A stretch of 64,000 bases of DNA from Lama glama (lineage: Eukaryota), in contig CM052817.1 in the NCBI GenBank assembly GCA_028534125.1, forward strand, positions 108,874,001 through 108,938,000. The letters are read 5' to 3'. Made by a program: the position numbers and the translations under genes. Positions within the stretch are counted from its first letter, which is position 1; every line of letters begins with the position of its first letter. Below the pieces are notes generated by a model. That model was not told where the DNA came from. It saw nothing but the letters and a program-made list of their open reading frames with translations, and did not search any database. This document shows positions 26,287-38,506 of the stretch, in pieces.

Positions 26287-26738
26287 CGTTGATGAAAATA
26301 TTGAACAAGCAATCACTAATAAGAGGAGAAAAGAGTTTTGTTTGAGGCAAACTGAGGACCAGAACCCAGAAGACGACCTCCCAGGTAACTTTGAGGAATT
26401 GCTCTGGAGAAGCTTGGTTTCCAGCACAGTTTTACAACTTGTCAGAGCAAAGAAATATGAACGAGTCAGGGCTCCATTTCTTTAAGGTTTAAAAAACCAG
26501 ACCGGCAGGTACACAGTGAATCGGTGTGGCCTCGGAACCTGGGAGGGAAACTCATCATCAAAGGAGGACCAGCACCGGTGTCCTGGGAAGAGGGGCATTT
26601 AATCTTTGTTTTCAATATGATCATTCTCTACTTCTGGTCCATGTGTCATTTTCTTTAAGAATTAAAGCAGACGTGCCATGTACGTTTGATAAGCCATGAG
26701 CCGGCTGTTTTAGGGAACATCAAATTCAAGTTAACTCA
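26287..26738 (-). mobile_element. ERV1-class solo LTR (different subfamily)
   Basis: GTTGATGAAAA..GAGTTTTGTTTGAGGCAAACTGAGGAC..ACTTTGAGGAATTGCTC resembles an antisense ERV1 LTR U5/R and ends TTAACTCA. TSD unclear. Confidence 0.6.
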
Positions 26739-27265
26739 CCTATAAGCCAGCCTGACTTCCCTACATCTCGACATGAGATCATTTCTTTTACCAAGCCCCA
26801 AGCAACAGCACAAAAGCAGGGTTTCGTAATTACTACCCCAGACCAGTTCAGTGCAAACTGGTACCCAGGACTGGGAGCTCCCCTCTCCACTTGGAGGCCT
26901 CTGTGGAAGACTGCTTCTGGTCACCTGGGGCCCAGCAAAGAGCCAGTTCAGTGAGTGTCCCCTGGCAAGGGAAGGGCAGTGCCCCCCCTGCCCCGGAGGT
27001 ACATCCCTGGAGGCCCCAGGGCTCCCCGCCCCTGGCTTGGATTTGTGTCCCCTTCACCCACTGCTTGAGTTGGTTTTCTCATTATTTTAAACGATGCATC
27101 CCAAAATAGCTTCTGGCCTGCTCTCCTCAGCACAGAAGCTCATAAAACTCAGCAAGGAGTATTGGCCGTGTTATCCTCTTCTATTTGAAGCTTTAAAAAA
27201 GAAAGGAGACTGAGGTGGAAACGTGTGAGAAGGCCTGAGGGCTGAAGGTCTTAAGAAAGGTGCCA

Positions 27266-27430
27266 GGGGGCAGGTGGAGCTCAGTGGTAGAGTGTGTACT
27301 TAGCTATGCACGAGGTCCTGGGTTCAATCCCCAGTACTCCAGAAATAATAAATAAATAAATGACCCTAATTACTGCCCCCCCAAAACAAGAATTGAGCTT
27401 TTATTTCAATAAAAAAATTAGTTTTTAAAA
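27266..27430 (+). mobile_element. vic-1-like SINE, full length
   Basis: AGCTCAGTGGTAGAG..GAGGTCCTGGGTTCAATCCCCAGTAC. TSD AAAGG(T/G)GCCA at 27256-27265 / 27431-27440. Confidence 0.93.
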
Positions 27431-27489
27431 AAAGGGGCCACGTGCCCATCCCCAGAATTCACTTGCTGATGGGCCTGTGGTGGCAGGTG

Positions 27490-27685
27490 CTGCGCCGGGC
27501 GAGGCATTCAGATGAAACCTGGCCAAGACCTGAGCCATCTGGACTTAGTCACATGTGGAAGATCTTTGGACCCTCATTTATTCAGGTGTGAAAAAAACAA
27601 GAGGGGGAACTCGTTGAGAGAAATGCACGTAAAACCTTTAAAACAGGGCTTAGCACGGGACATGGGTGTCATAAATGCTCACTGT
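27490..27685 (+). mobile_element. MIR
   Basis: TGAGAGAAATGCACGTAAAACCTTTAAAACAGGGCTTAGCAC..ATAAATGCT is the MIR 3' end. Confidence 0.6.
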
Positions 27686-28039
27686 GCTCATAAAATGCTT
27701 TGCAAGGCTCCTTCTTGATCTGAAACGTAATTTTCCGTGACTTCTGAGAAAGTCTAAGTTGCTCTCAGCCTAACTCAGGAGCCAAGAATAACACCCACAT
27801 GAAGATGGAAACAGTGAGACAAGAGGGTCCGTTTCTGTGCTGGGTGGAGGGACACTCAGCAAGTCAAGGGGGTGGAGGAGGAAGGGGGCTGCGCCCAGGT
27901 GCCCGCTGCTGCCGAAAGCACCGCGTGTCTTCCCTCCCCTCCTGCTCCTCGAGAGGCAGACGGGACCGCCCCTCCCCGCCCCCAGCCCCTGTCCTGCACT
28001 CTTCCAGAATCCTGCTCCGGAACACTCCCCGCCCCTCCC

Positions 28040-29040
28040 TCCGGACCAGGAACCACCTCAGGTCTCTCCTTCTGAGTGACAACCTCGATTTCACTGCGCT
28101 GCCGCCCAACCGCCGCCGTTTCGTCCCACAAAGCCACCGCCTTGTTTGTTTCGCCTTGTTTGTAAGGAGCTCACGTGCCCGGAATGGAAGGTCGGGCAGA
28201 GTCATCGTTAGTCTGTACAGATTCCGCCTGGTTTGCCTTTTTCCGTTTGTCTGCATGTGTAATTAAAATGTGTTCTTTGGAGTCAACTTTCTTATTTCCT
28301 TTTTTGATACATATAAATACTTCAAAAATGGACCCGTTTGCATATATTTATGTGTTTAAGATTCACGTAATTTAGGATTAGTCATTTTATTACCTTGCTT
28401 ACTTTTTTTTTTTTTTTCAGTTCAGCGTTCTGTTTTCCACATCCGTCTGCCTGCCTTTTTAACACACCTCGGTTCCCTATGTAAACCGAGCCAGCCACTC
28501 TGCTGCGTGGGATTGCTTCCTGTGAGTATATGACACTTACGTACAGAGGCAAGCACGCGTGTTGCTTTCACTGCTTTGCTGCAACACGCAAGATGCACTG
28601 ACCCTCGTGTTAGGGCCACTCCTCTCTGGTGAGTATAATTTGAAAGCTGGATTACTGAATCGTAGGAGAAATAATGACAACTTTACCCATCTCGAGGTAA
28701 TTGTTACCGGTATATAAAGGCAAGTCAGCTGGTATCTCGTTTGAATTTACTTTCTTGCCTTTTTTTTCCTGCCTGCTAGTGAGGTTGAGCACTTCTACAT
28801 GCATTAGTCTTTCATATTTTTCCTTCTATGAGTTGCCTATTCATAACCATTGCCTAGTTTTGTATTGGATGTTACACCTTTTCCTTGTCAGGTTAAAGGA
28901 GTTCCACATACAGTTTGTATGTTAATCTCTTACTGGTTTTAGGTATTTCAGTATATTTGCCCAGTTGAACACCAATCTTTAAACTTTGTAGTATTCTTAA
29001 TTAAACAGAAATTTTTCATTTTGAGGGAGTTAAATCTTCC
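28040..29040 (-). mobile_element. Old L1M fragment (ORF2 end/3'UTR)
   Basis: GCTGGATTACTGAATCGTAGG..TAGTGAGGTTGAGCAC..TTCCTTCTATGAGTTGCCTATTCATA. Confidence 0.6.
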
Positions 29041-29184
29041 CTCAACAGCTATATTATGCACAGGGTTATGGCAAAGAAACAAACAGATGTACCAAGAAAG
29101 CTTCCCCTAGACCCTACCAGTTTTCTGATACCGTTTCCCACACATATACAACCAATATTCAGTCCCCGTTGTCTCCCCAAGGGA

Positions 29185-29995
29185 TTCCAAAAAAGACATA
29201 CAGATGCCCAACAGGTGCATGAAAATGTGTTCAACATCACTAATTATTATGAAAATGCAAATAAAACCACAGTGAGATATCATCTCATGCCTGATAGAAT
29301 GGCTATCATCAAAAAGGCCAGAAATAATAAGTGTTGGTGAGGATGTGGAGGGGAAAAAAGGGAGCCTTTATAAACTGTTGGTGGGAATGTAAATTGGTGC
29401 AGCTACTTGGAAGACAGTATGGAGGGTCCTGAAAAAATCAAGCCTAGAACTACCATATGCTCCAGCAACTCCGCTTCCAGGTTTACCCAAAGAATACAAA
29501 AAACACTAATTTGAAAAGAATTCCTATGTCCATCACAGCATCATTTATAATTGTCGAGCTGTGGAAACAACCTAAGTGTCCATCAATATCTATACGAGTA
29601 TATACAATGGAACACTACTCAGCCATGAGAGGATGAAGCCTCATCACTTGCAACAACATAAATGGACCCTGAGAGTATTCTGCTCAGTGAAGTAAGTCAG
29701 ATGGAGAAAGACAAGCACCACAGGCCTTCACTCATGTGTAAAATATAAAAAACAAACAAAAATAAAATAAATGAACAAACCAAACAAAACCAAATGCATA
29801 GAGACAGAGTAGTGGTTACCAGGGGAGGGGGGCAATGTGGGCCAAGGGGGTCAACTGTACGGCGATGGACGAAAAATTAATTATTGGTGGTGCGCACACT
29901 GTAGCGTATACAGAAGTAGGAACAGAATCGTATGCACATGAAATACACAATTTTATGAACCACTGTTTCCTCAATTAAAAAAATGAAAAATAAAT
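29185..29995 (+). mobile_element. L1 ORF2 end + 3'UTR
   Basis: Translation [25 protein letters not shown], then 3'UTR and A-tail. Confidence 0.9.
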
Positions 29996-30854
29996 ACCAC
30001 TAGAAAGCCAGCTGGCTTTGATCAAGTAGGAAATTGTTGGCTAATTAGTAATGTTGCTTCAGAAGTTAGTAGATACCACGCCAAATCAAAGCCTTTATTT
30101 TTTTTTTTCCAGCAAGAACCAACCAGGATGATTTTTCAAGTTTCTTAGAAACTTTCAGTCTTAGCTCTTCCAAAAGTTTATGTATCAGTTGAAATGGCTG
30201 AGCCATAACTTCCCAAAACTTGTTTAATTATGACCAGAAAGAATATTTCCAGAGTGTCTGTTCCATCGGCCACACACACTACTTTTCTGGAACTTGCCTG
30301 GCTGACGTGAAGTAGTCCGTACCTGAATTAGGACCCCCTGAGGAGTGGCGCCCCGGCAGCTGCTGCTTTGGAGAATTTCTAGGACAACGTGTTTAGTTTA
30401 CTTGTGGGTTAAGAGGCTATTTCACGGGCACCTGTAGGCAGCTAAAAGGATAGTAATTCAATCAGAAGTCACTTAAAATATAAACCCATTGATTGGGGAT
30501 TTGGATGAGTCCTTACATCTGGAAGGAAGGACAGAAAATAGTACCCATTTTGTGTGTGTGTGTTTGTGTGTGTATGAAATAAATCAGCTTTTAAATCTGG
30601 GATCAGCAAGGAATTTGCTGGACAGAAGAAAGAGGGCTAGCTAACACCATTTTCTTAAAACTGTCATTTTCAAATATATTATTTATTTGAGTAATGTTCA
30701 GGTTATGTTCCTGAAAATGTGGGCTTTTTTCAAAACAGCAAAATCTAAAGTGTCCTATCCCACAGGAGAAACATTTTTAAAGTGTGTCGGTGGTGGGTGA
30801 GGTTAGAGTGGGTCCTGGAGAGTGAACTTTGAAGGACTCCAGTGTAGCTTCTAG

Positions 30855-31055
30855 ACTTGCATTCACCAGTATGTAAGAACTAGTCACACGTGAACGTTTA
30901 AGTTACAAATTACAATCAAATTAAATTTAAACTATGTTCCTCGAACACAGTAGACACATTCGAGTGATCGATACCCACGAGCCACTAGTGGGTTAATTTC
31001 AGAAGAGCTCAGACGCATTTCCAGTCTTTAAAACCGTTCCATTGGATCCTGCTGG
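30855..31055 (-). mobile_element. MER3-like hAT-Charlie MITE
   Basis: ACTAGTCACACGTG..AAATTAAATTTAAA..TTCCTC..CTAGTGG..CATTTCCA..CCATTGGA..GCTGGTC matches the antisense MER3 layout. Confidence 0.6.
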
Positions 31056-33631
31056 TCTTGGAACACAGCAAAGACTGTAAAGGTACAAACTTAGAGAAAG
31101 TTATCTAAGTTCTATCAGAATTTCTTCTAAGAGCATCTATTCCATTTTATAGAAAGCACAATACCAGGATGTTCTTTTAAACTACAAGTTTATTGAATCA
31201 GTGTGTGATTTCAAGTTCTGTGCAATCTGATAGTGGACTACGTTTTTGGCAGGGAGTGTGGGGGTTTGGGGTTTAACAAGAAGCCCTGTGATAGATACAC
31301 CACACACACCGTCATGAGTGAGCCAGCAACCCTGACATTGCCTAATTCGGACTGTAATTTCTACAGCTGGATGTAAATATTTTGTGCCTGTGATGGTGAT
31401 ACAACACGGCTAAAATTAGAATAATCTGCTAAGGAAGCATGTATTGAAATCCGATTTGATTTTTAAATATTCATTGAGTAACCAAGTAGGGTAGAAATAT
31501 AATGAGTACAATGATGAGGTGTTACACCAGGTCACATCTGGATGGGATTTTGGAGCAAACATGTTTTATTTGGATCTGCTGGGAGAGGACCGCATCAGAC
31601 AGGTGAAAGACAATGAGAACCCTGTTCCTCCTCCATCTCCCTCTGCTCCATCCTCTCCCCTCAACAAACCGTGGTCCACCCAGGATGCACTGAGAAGCTT
31701 TGGGCAGCACTGGGAAACCACACGTTGGTATCCAGCTGTTTTGAACACTATGTGTACACTGCAGTTTCACGATGTCACATAGCAGCTAAGTATCCTTGTT
31801 TTCTATAATATACTCCCTTCAATAAATGCCACTTTACTATCAGCAGATACACAAATTCTTCCATAGTTTGGCAAGTTATGGCAACATATTAGATGCTAAT
31901 GATCATCTTAAGGGCTGCCCCGTCCACGTTGCAGAGGCATGACACTACACCGCAGCACAATAGTGACTCAACACGTAGCACGTTACAGTTTGCACAATCC
32001 TTCCAGGGAAGACAAATTTCTCTCTCAGAAAAAACGGGTGGGCAGGGAGGGGGAGGGGTGAGGTGCCCATGCAGTCCTCAGTAAAGGGGAGAATATTCTG
32101 TGAAATTAAAACATCCGAAAGTCGTTCAGAGTTTTCCATCAGCTAAGAAGAGTCACAAAAGATCGTGGCAAAGAAATATATTGTATGGTATTTACACTTT
32201 TTGAGTAAAAATTACATTCTGTATTCAGTATTTCCAAATAAACACAGTAAGAATATTAAAAACTCCACACAATCTTTATTCTCAGATTTACTATGGTTTT
32301 GATGTTTTTAAATCTGGTGACACTAGCGCCATCATATTTAATTTCATTCTGCTGACATTTTGTGCTTCAGCTGCTGCTGCTGATAATAACTGATAAGACC
32401 GGTTCTATTTAGTCCCAAAAAACAAAGGCAAAAAAAAAAAAACAAAAAAGAAACTGCGATGTTGGAGTTTAATATATCTGGGATGACAGTGATTTGGAAA
32501 TCTGCCAGAATTGTCTAAAATAGCCTTGTTTGGCCAACAGGGGACACATACACAAAACGTTTACAACATAAGCACAGGCGGTCTGTGTAAAGCAGCTTGT
32601 GGTTTAGGTACATGTTTGTGTGCGCGTTACTCAGCCAGATGCATCAGAAGATGCTCTGAAACAAACCTCCTGGGAAGAGCCCGTCAGCTCGAATGAACAG
32701 GGTTGTGACACGCGGTGACACCTGGGCGTAGTCCGACGTGCCTTTACCACGACCCCTGTTTCCTAGAATGAGAAAGAAGAGGAGGAATAGTCACTTCTGT
32801 CATTTCTTATTTGAAACGGCTGAAACTTCTCCTCAGCATTGTAATGAAATTTCAGAGCATTTCAAAAGTGCTGCTGGTCCTTTCCTCTTCTGTAAAACAT
32901 AACAGCTCCACCTTGAGGCAAAATCATTTGATCTATAGGAGCTTCGGTTTTAAGAAGAAGCAATATGTGTGATGACTCGTGACCAGTGATCCCTCATGGA
33001 AAAAGAAAGGAACTCCAAAATTATACAGTGGATTTGGGAGCTCACCCTGTGTTTCCATTCCTGTTGAAAATAATAGGCATTAAGTTATCGAAGGAAGACA
33101 AATTATTGTAAAGTTAATGGCCATTTTTAGACTGGAATAGCATTCGGCCAAATTCATATCGATGAAATTTTGTTTGAAGTTGGTCAAAAGGAAAACTAGA
33201 AATTCAGCAACATAGTTGCTCTCCATTAGCAAATACATTTCTAATACTAGCTGGCCAAGAAAACACCCACATGGAACTTTTTCTAGAACTTACCATGTAT
33301 ACCCTACCGTTGGCAAAAGGTTGCTGCTAGAATGGGAGAGAAATGGTGAAAGTTAGCAGATGAAATTCCACATTTCACTCAAATTCTGTGACTTAGCCTT
33401 AAGGCTGATTTTTTTTTTTTTAGTATTTTTTAGTTTTTCTTTTTGATCCTATCAAGGGTCAGACTTGAAGCTGCAGCAAAAGAAATGTGGAGACACTGAA
33501 ACCTGCCCCAAGCAAAGATTAGAATGATTGTCATTATTTCACCCCATGTCTTCTCCTGGTTACAAATATGCTAAGAAGCATCCTCGGTGTAACTGAAAAA
33601 CTTTTTTCTACATTTTCTTCTGGCTCTTCTA

Positions 33632-34257
33632 TAATTTTTTTTACATATTTTATTGAGTTATAGTCATTTTACAATGTTGTGTCAACTTCCAGTGTAGAGC
33701 ACAATTTTTCAGTTATACGTGAACATACATACATTCATTGTCACATTCTCTTTTGCTGTGAGCCACCACAGGATCCTGTATGTATCTCCCTGTGCTACAC
33801 AGTACAGTCTCATTTATCTATTCTACATTTTGAAATCCCAGTCCCTTCCCACCCCCTGTCCCTCTGGGAACCACAAGTTTGCATTCTATGTCTATGAGTC
33901 TGTTTCTGCTTAGCATTTTTTTTTTTTTAGATTCCCCATATGAGTGATCTCATATGGTATTTTTCTTTCTCTTTCTGGCTTACTTCACTTAGAATGACAT
34001 TCTCCAGAAACACCCATGTTGCTGCAAATGGCATTATGTTGTCGGTTTTTATGGCTGAGTAGTATTCCAGTGTATAAATATACCACCTCTTCTTTATCCA
34101 GTCATCTGTTGATGGACATTTAAGCTGTTTCCATGTCTTGGCTATTGTAAATAGTGCTGCTATGAACATTGGGGTGCAGGTGCCTTTTTGAAGTAGGGGT
34201 CCTTCTGGATATACGCCCAGGAGCGGGATTCCTGGGTCATATGGTAAGGCTATTCCT
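33632..34257 (-). mobile_element. Young camelid-type L1, 5'-truncated
   Basis: Perfect TSD TGGCTCTTCTATAATTT (33621-33637 / 34258-34274). ORF 33927-34169 is the L1 ORF2 C-terminus (MFIAALFTIAKTWKQLKCPS). Confidence 0.96.
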
Positions 34258-34699
34258 TGGCTCTTCTATAATTTTATATAATTCATTTAACTATTTAGTC
34301 TTTGTTGAATTTTTGTGTACATGTTTATGAATGCTATTACAAGCTAATTTTCTCATTAGTAACCAAATGTTCCCACACTGCTTATTCCTGAGCCATCCAT
34401 ACAGATAAACGGGGAAGTCATTTATTATTTATGTTGATCAGGGATTACTACACTCTTTTACTAATTTGATTAGCTTTTAGTAGATGCTCCTAGATTTTTG
34501 AGACAAGTGGTCTTAGCTACAAAAATGCTACCTCTCTTGAGTCAGTGTTGCTAACTGCTTTTACCCAGGAAATCGTGCATTTATTACAGATTGGTATCTA
34601 TTAATCTAATAATTTTTTTTTTACTATTTTTATATCTCAGATCTACAAATGTTTTGAATTCACTTTCTTTTTGAGCGTCAGGTTAGTGGAACGAGGAGA

Positions 34700-35100
34700 C
34701 AGAAATGCCGCAGACCTACATCGTGGGAATAGCATCCTCTGGGAGAGCTGGGAGGTCACAGTCCTGGAGGACTAGCCGCGTGCCTCCCCCCGCCCCCACC
34801 CCGTTACATACAGCTCGCTGCTCCTCCTCCGCTGCCTGGCATCTGACAGAGGAGGGCGGGAAGGAAGACGGAGAGGAGGAGCACCCGAGGGAGGACCAGG
34901 CAGCATCCCTCGCTTGCTTCCTTGCCAGTGAGGCCGCGCGAGCAGCTGGGTGCGATGAGGAAAACCCGTCCTCGCAAGCGCGCCTGCTCTCCAGCTGCTC
35001 CGGCCCTCGGCAACGCCCTTGTTCTCACAGTCCATCCTGAGCTCTTCCCTCACAGCTGCGGGGGGGGGGGGGGGCGCGGGGTGTATCGGGGGGAAGCTAA
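34700..35100. promoter_or_regulatory. CpG/GC-rich patch with G-runs (possible promoter/enhancer)
   Basis: Many CpGs (GCCGCGCG, GCGCGCC), GC-box-like CCCCGCCCC near 34790, long G run near 35059. Confidence 0.4.
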
Positions 35101-36315
35101 CACGTTTGTTGCATAGTCTCAAAACCCGGGCAGAGGAAATATTTAAGTAACCATGGCAGATGTGCTGTAGCAATTAGCACACCACGTTCCTCTGGGATTG
35201 ACACCCATGTTCTTACATCGTATTAACGTACAAGCGTAAGAAATGCATTCCAACATCTGGTGCGTTCAGTGCGGCTAAACATGCACTTGAAAAAACAAAT
35301 CTGGAAGCCCTTTCCATAAAGATTTTTAGAGATCAGCTTATAATGAAGACACTCTTTGGAAACTGGGAATAAAAAGCATAATTTGGGGTGCTAGAAGCCA
35401 CGGGCAAACCTACCATTCTTGGTCGCTTTAAACACTACGGATGTAAAGTGGCCAGCATGTACTAGATTTTTTTCCAGATTAAAAATTAATGCAGCTCCAA
35501 GGAAGAAGTCCGCGTGGCTCAGGCTTTCCAGATGCAGAAGAAAGAAAAAAAAGTGTGCCTTCCAGGGGATGGTAAGTGCAGAGTGATCACAGACCCGGGG
35601 TTGAAAGATGCTGTTAAAGAAAGCACGTGTCAAGCCTCCGAATCTCACCAGGTGCCCACAAGCCCTCTCGAGGGAAACCTATACACTTCATCTTTTTGCC
35701 TAATGCCGGAATAGTATGTTTTATAAGACCTGGGGAAAAAAATTTGCCTTTAAGCAAAAATCCCTGAAAGCATTCTTCTACTACACGTTAGCTCCAAAAT
35801 AAACAGTTCTCCAAGCCCCTTCCCTGAAATTCAGTACCTACCTGGGTGGTATTTTTATATAAAACAAGAAGAAGAAAAAATACCAGTTTCGTATTTTATG
35901 GAGCTAGACCCCCAGAAGGAATGTGTTTGATCTTCAGGAAGTGGGGGTCTCTTTAAGGTACTCAGGGGTGAGGGTCCATGGGGACAGCATCGTGCAGACC
36001 ACGTGGGGGCAGCCTGTCTCCCACGTGCCTGATCAGTGACACTTGCAGCATCCACTGGAGACAGACAGATGGGGGTCCACGGGGTCCAGGAAACAGAGTC
36101 ACCAGGGAAATAGGAAGACGGCAGGGGGTTCTCGGGGAGGCTGGTGACCCCTCCCGGCTCCACGGCCAGACTCAGCGTCTTGCTGCCAGCACGCCCTCCC
36201 TCAGGCTGCTCACGGCTCCCCAACTGGGGCCCCCTTCAGGGACAGAGGGGCTTGTCCATTCTGGTAATTGCTTGAAACTTTACTTTATTATTTGTTTTTT
36301 CAAACCGCTTAATTA

Positions 36316-36595
36316 TTTTTTATTTGAAGTATAATTGATTTACAATGTTACAGTGTTAGTCTCTGAGGTACAGCATAGTGATTCAGTTGTACATATATAT
36401 TAATTTTCATATTCCTTTTCATTATAGGTTATTATAAGATATTGAATAGAGTTCCCTGTGCTGTACAGTAGGTCCTTGTTGTTTATCTATTTTTATATAC
36501 AGTAGTGTGTATCTGCTAATCCCAAACTCCTAATTTACCCCTTCCCACCCCCTTCCTCCCTGATAGCCATGTTTATTTCTATGTCTGTGTTATGT
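36316..36595 (-). mobile_element. L1 3'UTR fragment
   Basis: ATTTGAAGTATAATTGATTTACAATG..GTTCCCTGTGCTGTACAGTAGG. Flanks TTAATTAT. Confidence 0.9.
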
Positions 36596-37099
36596 ATTAA
36601 TTATGTTTTTTGTTTGTTTTCTTTCTTCCCCAATTGTGCTGGCCTCCAAACTGCCTCCCAGGTCAGGCTCTTGCACTCTGGGGTCATCCCAGAGCCAGAC
36701 AACGAGGCACAGCTCCTGCCCCGAGCCTGCTGACATTTCTCAAACCAGCCAGTCCTAACCCTGTTCAGCCTGCCCCCCCAGGTCTCATCTGGTCCATTCC
36801 TGCCCTCAAGAACCACCTCTCCCTCTGTTTCCTGATGAAACGGTTCCTTCCTTCTCGCGCCCTGTGCAGTTGGAAGGCCGCTGACTTGGGAGCCATGCAT
36901 GAGTAATGGTTGTTCAGTGCCAGTCATCTCCTGATCTGCTGGTTTCATCATCAGTGACCAGTAATAAAACCTGCATTGTGAAACACCCTTCCCGCCCCAT
37001 TCTGCCCATTCTGTACACACACAGACACAGACACACACACAGACATATATACACACAAGGATCTTCTTTTGCTGGGGAATTTTTTTTCTACGACCCATG

Positions 37100-37398
37100 T
37101 TGCCTGACATAGTCTTACGCAGTCTTCTTGCTTTACAAACCTCTCTTCTCCACTTCAAACCCATCCCCAGCTTCTGCAGGCAGGGCTGCAGGTTTCTCTG
37201 CAGTGCACGTGACATTCATGCCTTAGTCATAGCGCTTGGCACGTTGCACTGTAACTGTTTTAACTGTTTACTTCTCTGATACTTTTGCTCAAGAGCACTG
37301 TGTTATTTAATCTTGGTATTCCTACCATCTGAGACATCTGCTCACTGTTGATAGTCCACATAGATCCTTACTGTGATTTTGGTTTTTGAACAAATGAA
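37100..37398 (+). mobile_element. L2 3' fragment
   Basis: CATAGCGCTTGGCAC..TGTAACTG..GAGCACTGTGTTATTTAATCTTGGTATTCC..TGAACAAATGAA. Confidence 0.5.
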
Positions 37399-37899
37399 AC
37401 CTTTGCTGAAAATGACATCCTCTTTTTCCAAACTCTCTTCTGTCCTGTTCCTTTCCCAGATGCTCGCTTTGGTGGATGCCGTCTGATGTATACACTCTGG
37501 CTCCTAAACCAGACCGCAGAGTGCTAAGGCCGGAACACCATGCCTTGTGCTTTTTCGTACACTGAGAATTGAGCCCCATGCTTGTTTGTGTTAATAGCTG
37601 GTTAATGATTTATTACTAAGCTTAATTTAGATACAAGGAGTAATATAAACTTATTCAATTTTAACATTACAATTCTTGATCTCTTAAGACTTAGTTCTTC
37701 AAGTGTCTGCTGGGCTGCCCCACTCTTAACTGTGCCCTTATCAAAACACGCAAAATAACAGGATGCCTGCAACAGAAAAATGTGTGAGTGTACACATGTA
37801 AACAAATCATATGGTCTTGTTTTAGAATAATTTGTCTACAAGAATGATAAAGCCCTTAAAACTTGTGTAAGAAAAAAAGATCTTCTCAAAGTTTTTACT

Positions 37900-38120
37900 A
37901 GTATCTCCTATACCCCAAGGTGGACTGGAAGTAAGATGCTGACCATTAGCAGGAGGAGAAAGAGGGCACGGCCTCCGTCCGTCTGTCCATCCTGACGAGT
38001 GATGTTCATAAGAGAGGAGGCTGAGCATGCGAGGAGGCAGGGGGTGCGTGAAAATCTCTGCACCTCCCTCCCTACCTTGTTCTACACCAAAAACTGCTAA
38101 AAAATAAAAGCCTTTTTAAA
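37900..38120 (+). mobile_element. L1MC/MB-type 3' end
   Basis: GATGTTCATAAGAGAGGAGGCTG..GGCAGGGGG..AAATCTCTGCACC..AAAACTGCTAAAAAATAAAAG. Confidence 0.7.
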
Positions 38121-38452
38121 AAGACAGTGAAGTGTCACAACTGTTGTCAGTGCCTAAGTGTGATTGTCAGCTGTCTAGACCGAAGCCCAAATTGTTTTCT
38201 TATCTCAGGTAAGTAATACAGAACCACCGTCAGAGGCTCGGCTTCCATGAACAGGGAGGGGTTTTCAACTGATCATTTGTTTCAAGTGTTTTCACTTCCA
38301 TTTATTTTAGTTTCATTGTACAACAGAGACACCTCTTACCAAAAAATAATAAAGGGAGTTTGGTCCTAAACTCAGTGTCTGTAATTGGAAAGGCCAAGTG
38401 ATACAACCCTTTGTGGTTTTCCTGTTTGTTTTTCAGCACACAGGGTGGGGGG

Positions 38453-38506
38453 TTTTATTGAATTATGGCTGATTTACAACGTCATGTTAGTTTCTGGTGC
38501 ACAGCA
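38453..38506 (-). mobile_element. Very short L1 3' tail fragment
   Basis: TTTTATTGAATTATGGCTGATTTACAACG..GTTTCTGGTGCACAGCA. Confidence 0.7.

Noticed and set aside
27266..27345. tRNA-Ala gene
   Set aside because: It has a SINE tail and TSD and no intact acceptor stem. The same applies to the other four copies.
27799..28266. Overlapping Arg/Pro/Gly-rich ORFs
   Set aside because: Stop-codon depletion from high GC content, partly within an L1 remnant.
36000..36027. Second CACGTG pair as a ChoRE
   Set aside because: The spacer is 16 bp, not 5.
36601..37215. 204-aa ORF, the longest in the window
   Set aside because: It crosses a CA-rich repeat and L2 sequence, with no recognisable domain or coding-like composition.
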